Part shown: positions 40,188 through 52,660 of the stretch, piece by piece | How positions within the stretch are numbered: position 1 is the first letter of the stretch | Layout: every line of letters begins with the position of its first letter | Origin: Octopus vulgaris | Taxonomy: Eukaryota | Assembly (NCBI GenBank): GCA_951406725.2 | Contig: OX597825.1 | Coordinates: 8,308,001 to 8,372,000, forward strand | Length of the DNA: 64,000 nucleotides | Direction of reading: 5' to 3' | Program-made: the position numbers and the translations under genes | The notes under the pieces: generated by a model | Told to the model about the DNA's origin: nothing | The model's database searches: none | What the model saw: only the letters and a program-made list of their open reading frames with translations

Positions 40188-40277
40188 GTATACATTTGTG
40201 GTATATATGTGTGTGCATGTGTTTATGTATACATATTTGTAATATATACATACCTGAATAGATATATACATATATAA

Positions 40278-40344
<67 letters not shown>

Positions 40345-40915
40345 CATTCATAGATACGTACAAAAGATACGTTCATACATACATGCATACAACCATAAAT
40401 ACAAACTATGATTACTATTTTAGTTGGGAAACCTACAAAATAGACAAGTTTTAGCTGTGATTTAAGTTGCTAAGTTTTCATATTTAGTAGAATATATGGA
40501 AAGAAAGAGAAATTAAAGTCTCGATAACGACCAAATAGCATGCAGGTTATCGCAGCTTCGTTGCGAATTACGATGAATGAGATACGGCATGTCACTCAAA
40601 TATATAAACGTAATCGTTATCTCGTGTAGTCATTATCATACGAATTGAACGAGATATATATGATATCAAAAAAGCAAGAATCTGAAGTGAAGTTTAAATA
40701 TAAGTAATTTTGTTATCAGAGTGTAGACAGCTTACTTTTCTCAGGTTTTAATATCCTTCACGAGATCTTAACGGCTTCGTGCAACAATATTCTCACCAAA
40801 TATTGTTAATGTTTAATGATATAACAAATAAGGTATAAACATTTTGAACAAACATTGAACGTTTCACATTAGCTAAAGATATGGAAGAAAGCTATTAGAA
40901 ATAAGGAAATTAACT

Positions 40916-41023
<108 letters not shown>

Positions 41024-43215
41024 CATATATATATATATGCATATTTGTATATATATATATATATACATATATAGACTAAGGAAGTGAGAGATGGATGATG
41101 GTTAAATAGAGAGAAAGAGGGATAGATAAATAGATAAATATATAGATAAATATATATATATATAGATAGTTTAATACATAGATAGATAGATAGATAGAAA
41201 TATAGATAGATAGATTGAGACATACGAGCGTATTTGCATATATATCTATGCGTATCTGTGTATATATAAATATGCACACAAACACACACATACACTCACA
41301 CATACCGATACATACCCCGTATTCTCATTGTGGGCCGAAAAATTACTCGAGTCCTTAGTAATGACTGACGACATCGAGAATACTAGCAAAATAGTCACAT
41401 ACCAACAACTACACACACACGTATACATAAATATACACACTTATATAAAACAAATCACATACACATAAATATATGCACACGTATACGCATAAATAAATAT
41501 ACAAATATACACACAAATGCACATGCACAGACATAGAATTATACACACATTTTCCCAGAAAATCACAAATACATACATAGAAATATTACTCATATCACTT
41601 ATGCACACATATAAGTACACAAAAATATACGCTCACACTCAGGCACGCGCAAATATGTATATGTACCTATAGACATGGTCATAAATGCATTCCCTACGTT
41701 TATTACTCCTTTCTCTCGCTCTCTCTCTCTATCTCTCTCACCCACTCTCTCTCTCTCTCTCTCTCTCTTACTCGCTTTTTCTAATGTTTCATGTTTTTCT
41801 ATGTACACTTGAAATGTTGTCTGACTTCACACAGAGGGTTAGAAGCATTTTGAACTTTTAGAGCTCATATTTCAGAAGAGAAATGACGACGTCTCTGTCG
41901 TTTGCAATGATGCGGAACAGATTTGAAACGTGTCACCTATCTACAGAAATGGACCGTGAATTCTACTCTCAGAGAACGGGCGTCTCCTCTTTCGATTCTC
42001 TTTCAAAATCACAAACTTTATACTCACACCAATACATATTCCCAGCTAGTCATGATTATGGAAGTACAAATATATATTTAAACAAACTGTTTGTTGTTTT
42101 TTTTTCTTTTGATGTAATTACATCTTAAATAGGAAAGCAACGAAATTAGCCTTACATGGAAGAATGAGGAAATAATAAAAAAAAAACATCAAATCTAACA
42201 TGCATCTGTAACATAAATTCTCGGGAAATTTAGTACTTACAACACTTTTTACGCTTAGCTTGTTCACACCATCAGAATTCTCCAACTATTAATGGCTTCA
42301 TTAAAATGCATAATATTTATCAGCGTGAGGAAAATATCTAAATGCAAGCGAGTTAATTTTTCGGTTAATTAAAATTTCCAACCCACGGTTCTACATATAT
42401 CACATCATTATTTGCATCGATAATATATTTGGAAATAGAAATAAGTATCTTTTTCCATTTCCTATTTCAGGAATATTGAAATATCAAGATTTTGAGTCTA
42501 TTTTACAAAAAGCAATATCTATTTAACGGTTTGATAAGTACGGAACAGTTAGGAAATAGATTTCATGACATGTTATTTTCGACAGTTTTATATTTTTCTA
42601 TCAAAACAATTTCGTATGACATGCAATGTGAACGCCTCGCAAAGATGACACGAAGAACACAATTTGGAATTCATAATTGTTCACAAGTATTAAGTTACGA
42701 CTCACTCGTCTAACCAAAACATATTACGTTTCTGAGTATTACATAGGACCCAGCTTGCTTCCAGTTGAGATCAATTAATTGCATTCCTTTATTTTTTCTA
42801 CATTTGGGGACGGAACCGTGAGATCCGGTGACAACAATATTTGTAATATTTATTTCTACCTCATTTCCTCTCAGAGAGGAAAATATCAACATGGTCAAGT
42901 TTGGATACTATCCATTCGGGTCGATAGAATAAACAGCTCTTCCATTGAGGTCGGTTGGTATAAATGGTTACGTGTGGTATCTATTCAGGTTCTTTGATTG
43001 CTCAGTATATATGTAGTGGAGTTCTAAACATTTAGAACAGGCCCTGGATTTGAAGACAACTCTGTTTCTACCTCTGTCTGTCAGTCTGTCTCCTTCTCTC
43101 TCTCTCTCTCTCTTGCTAGTTTCTCATTCCGATGGTGCCTGTCTGACGAAACATCAAAAACAAAGAAAAAAGAAAGAAACAAGTAATTTTTGTCTCCGCG
43201 AAGACATCAATAATT

Positions 43216-43604
43216 TACTCTTTTACCCTTTTACTTGTTTCAGTCATTTGCCTACGGCCATGCTGGAGCACCGCCTTTAGTCGAGCAAATCGACTCCAGA
43301 GATTATTCTATCGATCTATTTTGTCGAACCGCTAAAATACGGGGACGTAAACACACCAACATCGGTTATCAAGCGATGTTGACGGTAAAAACACAGACAC
43401 ACAAACATATACACACATACATATACATATATATACATATATGATGGACTTCTCCAGTTTCCGTCTGCCAAATACACTCACAAAGCTATGGGTGGCCCGA
43501 GGCTATAGTAGAAGATACTAGACCAACATGCCACGCAGTGGAACTGAACCCGGAACCACGTGGTTGGTAAGCAAGCTACTTAACACACAGCCACTCTTGC
43601 GCCT
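43216..43604 (-). mobile_element. SINE family B
   Basis: Head to tail recognisable. Confidence 0.9.
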
Positions 43605-44147
43605 TATTTAACAGTTTGTTATTTCAAATGTAATATATAAACTTGATACAAATATAACCTTTTATAGGTACAATTACCTTTATAACTGATTCTTCATTCA
43701 TTAATATCTACAGAAAATTGGATGCGCTTAAAAGAAATTCTAGTGAATTTAAATAGAAGATACCATTTTTGCTATGTGCAATATTTTCCTTCTTTAATCT
43801 ACTTATTGACATGGCAAAATAATTTGGGCTTCCTCGCTTAAAAATCTTTCGCTCACCATAAAAAAGCCAATTTAACCGACAAGATCTAATATAGTGGAAT
43901 GCATAAATTCACTTACCCCACGACATTCGGTTACACGACACAGAACATCACTTCTGCAGTCGCACATAATTGATTATTACGACGGTCTTCACATGAAATC
44001 TTTATTTGTTTAGTTTTTACACATTATCGACACACATACAGAGTAGACTAAGAAATGTGGTAGAGATTGCAAAGAATTGTAGGCAATAAAAATGTCATCA
44101 TATTTATAACATGCACAATAAAGTTAATAGAATAATAGTACAATTGT

Positions 44148-44420
44148 GGAGGCACATGGCCTCGTGATTAGAGCAGTGGATTCGCGGTCGAGGGATCGCG
44201 GGTTTGAATCTCAAACCGGGTGATGCGTGTGTTTATGAGCGAAACACCTAGGTTCCATACGGCTCCGGCAGAAGGTAATGGCGAACTTCTGCTGACTCTT
44301 TCGCCACTAGTTTCTCTCACTGCATCTTGCAGCTCACCTACACCAGATAGGCGTCCCGTCCTGGTGGGGTACCTGTATGCCAAGGAAACCGGGAAACCGG
44401 CCCTATGCTCCACAAGGGGC
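44148..44420 (+). mobile_element. Chimeric SINE: family C head + family D tail
   Basis: C-type gagcgaaacaccta...ggctccggcag...ctctttcgccac...tttctctcact, then D-type ggcgtcccgtcc...gaaaccgggaaaccggccc. Confidence 0.82.
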
Positions 44421-45044
44421 AAAAAAGTTTAAGAAGAAATAATATATTTAGCCTACACAAATCTGGTAAATATAAAAAAAAAGGCTTAAAGTTCGCGTCT
44501 CACCATAGTCATATGAACGACAAACAAAGATTGAATTTCAACGAAGTTAAGATAGATTTTAACATCAGCCAATTGTCATATATGTAGAGTATAGTAAAAC
44601 CTGAGCTATTTTATTCACGCACCAATCCGTTCTTTAATTCATGTATTCAGAAATAGATAAAACTATCTATGTCACTAGTAGCATTTCATTAAATATTGAA
44701 TATTACATATGTAATTAATGATCTATTTTATATGCACTTGAGGAAGCAAGTTCAATTGATATGTGACATCAATTATGTTCACATTTCCTATGCGAGGAAG
44801 CGGTAAAGTAGGTTTGTCAAATGTCGAGAACTCACTGTAATTACTTTGCCGTATTCTTGCAAACATGTATAGAAAGACAAAAGCCATCGAATCATTACTG
44901 AAGGCTACTAAATCGGTCAAATCGTTTCGTATACTTTCATTCCGGATGAATACGGTGTATAATAACTTTATAATCCTCCATCTGTAATACCCGGATTAAT
45001 ATAAGTACACGCACACACATATTTCTATACAACCACAAATATAT

Positions 45045-45397
<353 letters not shown>

Positions 45398-45724
45398 AGC
45401 AATAATAAATCTCTGAGCGAGGTATAAACAGTAGCTGCCCGACGATGTGAAGTATCTTTGCCAATTAAATGTGGCTAACCACTAAGGGTGGATACTACTG
45501 TAGCTTATAGCCCCAGGAGAACTTCTTCTCCAGCTGGCTATTGACACATGTTCTGTGCCCTATCAGTATTTGCAAAGGGAAGCCATCCTTCCCATCGTCG
45601 ACCTGACGTGATACGCACGGACGCGAGTTTCTGGGTATTTTACCCGTCGTCAGCGCACGACAATCACCCATCTTCGATGCGAATGGGTCCCGATGCAAAC
45701 ACATTATCCTTTTTCCAGTGACGA
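45398..45724 (-). mobile_element. Non-coding hammerhead-bearing element (retrozyme-like or PLE solo pseudo-LTR) inserted in (TA)n
   Basis: ~325-bp GC-richer, hairpin-rich island with TA-repeat sequence on both sides, containing the hammerhead motif. Confidence 0.65.
45608..45667 (-). ncRNA. Type I hammerhead ribozyme motif
   Basis: GUGAU-UGU-CGUGCG CUGACGA C-GGGUA-AAA-UACCC-A GAAA C-UCGC-G-UC / CGUGCG-U-AUCAC. Both core boxes, a GUC triplet, 5-bp stem II, minimal stem III and a 6+5-bp stem I with internal loop are present. Confidence 0.8.
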
Positions 45725-45939
45725 TATATACACACATATATATGCATATATATGTGCATATATACATATAACAATAAGGCAGTCGAAGTTCTCATTTTAC
45801 TGGACAATATCCCACAACGCTTTCGAGTTACCATACATATATGAATCCATGGAAGTAATCGACTGGAATGTTCCACAGAATCAGTACTCTCCATAGGTTA
45901 TATGTAAAAAAAAGAGAAATGAAGGAGGCAGAGTTTTAA

Positions 45940-46200
45940 GAGTAGGTATCTTTTGAATGCTGTAGAAGCCATCTCAGGCGGCACCTACCAAACAACAGCT
46001 GCAAAATTCAAAAAACAAATTTTGTAGCCCTGAAAAGCAAAAAAAAACAACATCGTACGCATCGGCAGGGAGTTTCTCCCAGATTATTCTCTTCTTGATG
46101 ACTTCCAACAGGACCCCAAAACATCTTGGTTAACGTACTTCAATTGATAACTGGATGTGAAATGCTCAGTATGCCAAAACCTATTCATGGGTATGTTACA
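45940..46200 (+). mobile_element. Possible RTE-type LINE 3' remnant
   Basis: SQAAPTKQQL resembles RTE-X SWxQHPTKQQLY; the rest is highly decayed. Confidence 0.25.
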
Positions 46201-47070
46201 CGAAGATTTGTACATCACATTAATATCTACATGAGGTCCAGCCTTACATGGACTTAGGATCACCACATGACCTTCGAAAGCTATCCAAGAATAGGCGATT
46301 GATATAATGAACTTGACAGATAAAAGGAATCAGTAAAGCTCTTCGTGCCATAAGATGCACCCGGTAATATCGATTATACCACATTTCTGAGGAAAACATT
46401 AAACACATGATGGGCAGCTGGTCCTAAATATCATAAAGATACTATGTTCCCTATATAACATGATGTTGTTGGTAGAACTATATAAAATGCCATCTGATGA
46501 AAAAATCTTCCAGGTTTCCTTCATACATATCAACACAAGGAACATTCCCATCAAAATATCAGTCAAGACCAAACGAACTATTCGGATGTATTTGATTGGG
46601 ACAGAGCGCAAAACCAAATATCAAAGAGAGCAGCTGCCATGATAATGTGAATATAACTTTGAAAATCAAAGAAGACAGCTGTAGGTAAATGCTTCAGAAT
46701 ATTTAAGTTTTCTACCCAGGCTATAAATTCACATTTACCAATAATAATCGGCGTCTTTGTTTTGTTAATGCTTAAGTGACAATCTCAGAAAAGAATGGTT
46801 GTTAAGAAAAGAAATCAACCACTTAACATGCTTAAGTACTTAGCAATCCTAAAGCAGAACAGTAAACATGAGCAAAAAAAAAAAAAATCTCAAATTCAGT
46901 GTTTTGATCATCTGTATTCTAAACTTGGAAATATGTATCATTATTAGAAACCAACCTCTTCGTTACGAGACTGCAAGTGATTAAACTTTGAAGAGAATAT
47001 CCAGATACATATTTTCACTTATGCACATATATACAGATGCACATATATACAGAGGGGTCACACTTATATA

Positions 47071-47298
47071 TATTTCTTTACTACCCATAACGGGCTAAAC
47101 ATAGAGGGGACAAACAAGGACAGACAAAGGGTTTAAGTCGATTACATCGACCCCAGTGCGTAACTAGTACTTAATTTATCGACTCCCGAAAGGATGAAAT
47201 GCAAAGTCGACCTCGGCGGAATTTGAACTCGGAACGTAACGACAGACGAAATACTGCTACGAATTTCGCCCGGCGTGCTAACGTTTCTACCAGCTCGT
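47071..47298 (-). mobile_element. SINE family A with TSD
   Basis: gtcacacttatata at 47057-47070 and 47297-47310. Confidence 0.92.
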
Positions 47299-47722
47299 CA
47301 CACTTATATAGATTGTCTTTTCGACAACGCAAACTGGAGGAAAAATGCAGATCGTGTAACGCAACGAATGACAACGATTGTTTCAACGAAGGGAGGTATT
47401 TCTATTGTGTAATACCATTTTAGCACCACAAAATGCACAGGTTTGAATTGTTGTGTATTGTGACTTCAGTTATTGATGGGTAGTAACTAGTGCTGTATTG
47501 TTAGACTATAAGATCTACTAAACAGAATACAGTGTTATAATATACATAATTGGAAGCATGTCAACATATTCAATTGTTATATAATAGAATGTTGGGGAAA
47601 TGAAATTAATATTACCAGCGACATTGTCTCATTAAATCTCCACACAATTATTACCAAGCAGAAAATATAGTATGTGTGATGGAGAGTTTGGTGTTAAATA
47701 TTTATTTCCATGCTTCAAATGT

Positions 47723-48105
47723 GGAAGCACTCCGTCGGTTACGACGACAAGGGTTCCGGTTGATCCGAATCAACGGAACAGTCTGCTCGTGAAATTAACG
47801 TGTAAGTGGCTGAGCACTCCACAGACACGTGTACCCTTAACGTAGTTCTCGGGGATATTCAGCGTGACACAGAGAGTGACAAGGCCGGCCCTTTGAAATA
47901 CAGGTACAACAGAAACAGGAAGTAAGAGTGAGAGAAAGTTGTGGTGAAAGATTACAGCAGGGATCACCACCATCCCCTGCCGGAGCCTCGTGGAGCTTTA
48001 GGTGTTTTCGCTCAATAAACACTCACAACGCCCGGTCTGGGAATCAAAACCGCGATCCTATGACCGCGAGTCTGCTGCCTTAACCACTGGGCCATTGCGC
48101 CTCCA
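47723..48105 (-). mobile_element. SINE family C, full length, 11-bp TSD
   Basis: Head GGAGGCGCAATGGCCCAGTGGTTAAGG; gcttcaaatgt at 47712 and 48107. Confidence 0.93.
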
Positions 48106-49211
48106 CGCTTCAAATGTATCTGGTCGATGGACGTGATCCTTTTCCGTTTGTAATGATAAGAATTCAATGTGTAGGACTTTCCGAATTCTCTCTGCGTGAA
48201 GGTTTACAAAAATGCAAAAGTTTTGATGCACTCAACTGTAAAGAAGTTTCTCGCTGTTCCAGGAAAGCAGGTGCCCCTCGGTGGTATCGATTGTTAGTTT
48301 ACCGTTCATCCAACGAGCCATATCTGGGACAGGGGCTTTATTCTTTGTTTATGATATTTGACTTCGGTGTGTTTGGTCACATTACTCACGTGCATGTAAG
48401 TACATCTCTTTGGACAGCAAAATATTGTAAAGATTTGATCAGGCAACATAAACATGAATACATACAGTAACTTACCTCTCCACAGCTTAAGTATAGGTTG
48501 TGTTGTGCTATAGAACTACCACGGATTGGCAATAAAATTTTCTGCATTTTTCATTGTTCTTCTGTCTATGTGACTGCAGCTCAGGTGTTTCATATCTACA
48601 GATAAGCAGCATCTATTGAAAATGTAGGTTTAGGATAAAGCGCACAGATATAAATTGTAAATCGTTCTCTATAGAGTAACATAATCATTGAAAGTAATTC
48701 TGCAATGTCTTCATACAGCTCTCGTAATAATTCATTTATGATATATCGTCACGTATATGTTAATTTAATTTCAAAGAATTCCACTGATTTGAAAATATTT
48801 ATTTAATACATTTACTTTTACAAATATATTTATGTTCATAAAATACTTGTGATTTCGCAAAAAAAAAAAAAATTATAATAATAAAAAAAAAACTAAATAA
48901 AGCTACAAAAGAAATAGAACTTCTAAATAACTTTCTTGACATATTCTTTCGCAGTGTTTCATTAATTTCATTTTATAGCGAAAACTCTTAAAGTTTTCTA
49001 CTATATTATATATCTCGAGTGCCAAGACATCCATAAAAAGTCTGCAGTATATCACTTATAAATATGTTATATGTATTTGTGTAAACGTTTGCGTAACCTG
49101 TCGTATATACGGTTGTGTGCACAAATATAAACATATACATTTATTTAAGTCTTCCACTTTCTTCTTTACTCTGTTAGTCTCTCTCTGTCTATCACTCCTT
49201 ATATATATATA

Positions 49212-49242
<31 letters not shown>

Positions 49243-49243
49243 A

Positions 49244-49265
49244 ATATGTATATATACGTATGTGT

Positions 49266-49311
<46 letters not shown>

Positions 49312-49333
49312 ACACATACGTATATATACATAT
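49244..49333. repeat. Perfect 90-bp palindrome centred on (TA)20
   Basis: Arms atatgtatatatacgtatgtgtagg and cctacacatacgtatatatacatat are exact reverse complements. Confidence 0.92.
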
Positions 49334-49738
49334 ATCTATATATAGACACACACACACACATATATTCACGTATATATCATCCTAAGAATTCTCGCCGATA
49401 TTTTACGAGACATTTCGTTTCCAAGGAGAACGTTCTCTTTTCTGCCAATTTCAAAGTCTCAATAACTTAATGACTGCATCATTTATGTGCTTTTATCTAA
49501 GAAGTGATGCCGAAGAATGATGTTCATGTAGATTGAAATAACATATATCATACAATATATGTGCCTGGAGGTACCCCATACACCCACCTACCCCCCCACA
49601 CACACACACACTCATACACTCGGATATATATTTATGTGTATGTGTGTATTTGTGTATGTCTATGTGCTTGTGTATATTCATAAATGTTTATAATAGTATG
49701 TGCATTATTCTGAATAAATGCATATGTGTACGTATATA

Positions 49739-50137
49739 GGCGCAGGAGTGGCTGTGTGGTAAGTAGCTTGCTAACCACCCGCATGGTTCCGGGTACAGTC
49801 CCACTGCGTGGCATCTTGGGCAAGTGTCTTCTGCTATAGCCCCGGGCCGACCAATGCCTTGTGAGTGGATTTGGTAGACGGAAACTAAAAGAAGCCTGTC
49901 GTATATATGTATACATGTATATGTATGTGTGTGTGCGTTTGTTTCCCTAGCATTGCTTGGCAACCGATGCTGGTGTATTTACGTCCCGTCACCTAGCGGT
50001 TCGGCAAAAGAGACCGATAAAATAAGTACTGGGCTTACAAAGAATGCGTCCCGGGGTCGATTTGCTCGATTAAAGGCGGTGCTCCAGCATGGCCGCAGTC
50101 AAATGAATGAAACAAGTGAAAGAGTAAAGAGTAAGAG
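49739..50137 (+). mobile_element. SINE family B, full length
   Basis: Head GGCGCAGGAGTGGCTGTGTGG to the (AGAGTAA)n tail. Confidence 0.93.
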
Positions 50138-50886
50138 TATGCATATAGACACACGCCCATGTGGGTATATAGGCATATGATTTATACATACTTAGACAAA
50201 TCTAGTATTATACGTTCGGTCTCTCGAGTAACGGAGCAAAAATGTGAAAACAAATTATCGGTGTGCGGATAGTAAGAAATTCTAGGGGAACTTAAATAAA
50301 ACCAGAAAGTCCTGCTCCAGCATGGACGCAGTCAACTGAGTGAATCAAATAAATAAAGAAAGAAAGAATAAAGAATAGCATAACATAACTATATACATTT
50401 TTGTGTATACTCCATGGGAGATAAAATTGAACACCTCCAAACAGACCTTGATATCTTGCAAACAACTTGCACATGCAAGTGCTACCAGTTAAAAGCTCCG
50501 TATATCGGAAGCTAGCAAGTGTATGGGGTCATCAGGAGAGAATGCGCGCCGTTTCGGGGCCTACCTCTCAAATGGTAGGTTTCTAATATCTACTAGTATC
50601 TTAATTAGTAGTAGCTAGGGTAAGATTTTGGGACACATGATATAAATTAATTTCATCAACTTTGCTAAATGCTATTGTTTTTATTTCTGTTATTAATTGG
50701 CGAGTCATTGTTCTATTGCCTTATTTAATGAAACCGTTATCCAAGTCTTTAAATGTGTAGTTAATAAACGCACTCCCATCTGAGTTAAATGTCAGCATTA
50801 AACTCAGCATATTATCTGGTTGATAATATAATTATTTCCTCGTAAGGAAACTAGGAAATCCCGGCACTGATATTTCATTCTACAAG

Positions 50887-51374
50887 GATACATAGAACAT
50901 GGGATATTGTAGAATGTCAAATATTTACATACATTATAGTTTATCCGGCATAACTAACTTCTACCGGGAAAATAAATATTATTCAATGTGTATGTAATGA
51001 TCTGAACGTTAATATTTCTCAAAAGTAATGGCACATTTAAAGTTGCAAACTAATTCACTCAAAGAAATTCCTGAAAAACGGCAAGAGATAAATATATCTT
51101 AAAGTAGGCCAGGAGGAGAGAATTTACTTAGATACATAGAACATGGGATATTGTAGAATGTCAAATATTTACATAGATTATAGTTTATCCGGCATAACTA
51201 ACTTCTACCGGGAAAATAAATATTATTCAATATGTATGTAATGATCTGAACGTTAATATTTCTCAAAAGTAATGGCACATTTATAGTTGCAAACTAATTC
51301 ACACAAAGAAATTCCTGAAAAACGGCAAGAGATAAATATATCTTAAAGTAGGCCAGGAGGAGAGAATTTACTCA
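50887..51374. repeat. Recent tandem duplication, 2 x 244 bp
   Basis: gatacatagaacatgggatattg begins at 50887 and 51131; about five substitutions between copies. Confidence 0.95.
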
Positions 51375-52180
51375 GATATATAACTACAAGGAAAGAAAAT
51401 TGATATCTATGAATGTGGATGTCTTCACATTTCACATATCCTTTTCTAAGCGATGGAACGAAATTTTTATATTATGCGAAAAAGACATGCGTGATGCCGG
51501 AAGGAAATAAAGTGAGAAAAATTTCTTTGTGAATGTTTTGAATCAATTATTTCGAAAATACTAATTTTTACCTAATTGGTAGTGATAAGTGGCGCTATAA
51601 ATTTTCGGATAAATTCCTGTGAGAATTCACAGTTTTGGGTAAATAGCTGTAAGAATTTGCAACTAACACAAGTCACTAAGAGAGGCAATGACCTGCCGTT
51701 TTGATTATAATGTCTTAAGTTATTTTACTTCTATTCTTAGCCATGATTACATTTCTATACATCTTATAATGGTTATAACCATCGCCCTCATTTTTACATA
51801 TTCTTATTTGCCCTGTCTCTTTATATGGCAATGCTACGTGTGTGCAAGTCCTTGTAGGTTTTGGAAGAAATTATTATTTTACTTACTACAAAATGATTCG
51901 AACGTCGGACACAACAGCCGACGGTATATGTCTCAGCTCATTACATTGTCAGTTCAAATACTACTGATTCAAATTTCGGGGTAAGCATAAAAGTACCCCA
52001 AAAGAACTAAGATCAATGAAGTTCACTGCCTCCCTCCCGTTATTATTTTCAAAATTTCTGACTTTGTGCCGACGTTAGAAACAAATTTCATTAATACAAT
52101 TATAATCGTTAAAGTGGCGAGCTGACAGAATCGTTAGTGCACCGGGCAAACCAGCAAACTAAGGTGGCAATAGTTTACTG

Positions 52181-52415
52181 GTCATTCTTCAAGAACCTGT
52201 AAAGAATTCTTGCAGTTCCAAGCAACGCTAATTTCTGTAGGTATTCTATCTTAACATTTCAACCGATCTTTTTCAGGCATGTTAATAGCTGAGTACTGAT
52301 ACTTTCAGGTACGCCAATTACTATTGGTATCACGTCTACTTGCCTCATTGACCCCAACCTTTGTATTTCCCGCTTCAGATCATCATAGTCGTTCTTTGAT
52401 CCTGTCAACACCCGG
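52181..52415 (-). mobile_element. Third R4/Dong 3'-end fragment
   Basis: YDDLKREIQRLGSMRQVDVIPIVIGV...LKKIG*NVKIEYLQKLALLGTARIL, adjoining (TAA)n at 52417-52432. Confidence 0.85.
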
Positions 52416-52495
52416 CTATTATTATTATTATTTTATTGTTGTTGTTATTATTATCATCGTCGTCGACATCATCATCATCATCATTATTGTTATTT

Positions 52496-52660
52496 AAGGC
52501 GGTGGGCTGGCAGAATCAGTACCACGTAAATGCTTAGTGGCAATTTCGTCTGTATTTACGTTCTGAGTCGAAATTCTGTCAAGTCGACTTTGTCTTTCAT
52601 CTTTTGAACACTGGGGTCAATGTAACAGTTCTAGCCCCGCCCCGAATTCCTTTGGCCACC
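52496..52660 (+). mobile_element. Old SINE family A (further relics at ~51890-52090 and 58970-59170)
   Basis: aaggcggtgggctggcagaatc...gtcgactttgtctttcatc. Confidence 0.7.

Noticed and set aside
41319-41393. Nested inverted repeats (gtattctc/gagaatac, attact/agtaat) with GAAA and CTGACGA
   Set aside because: No room for stem I or a UH site; short arms like these are expected by chance in AT-rich DNA.
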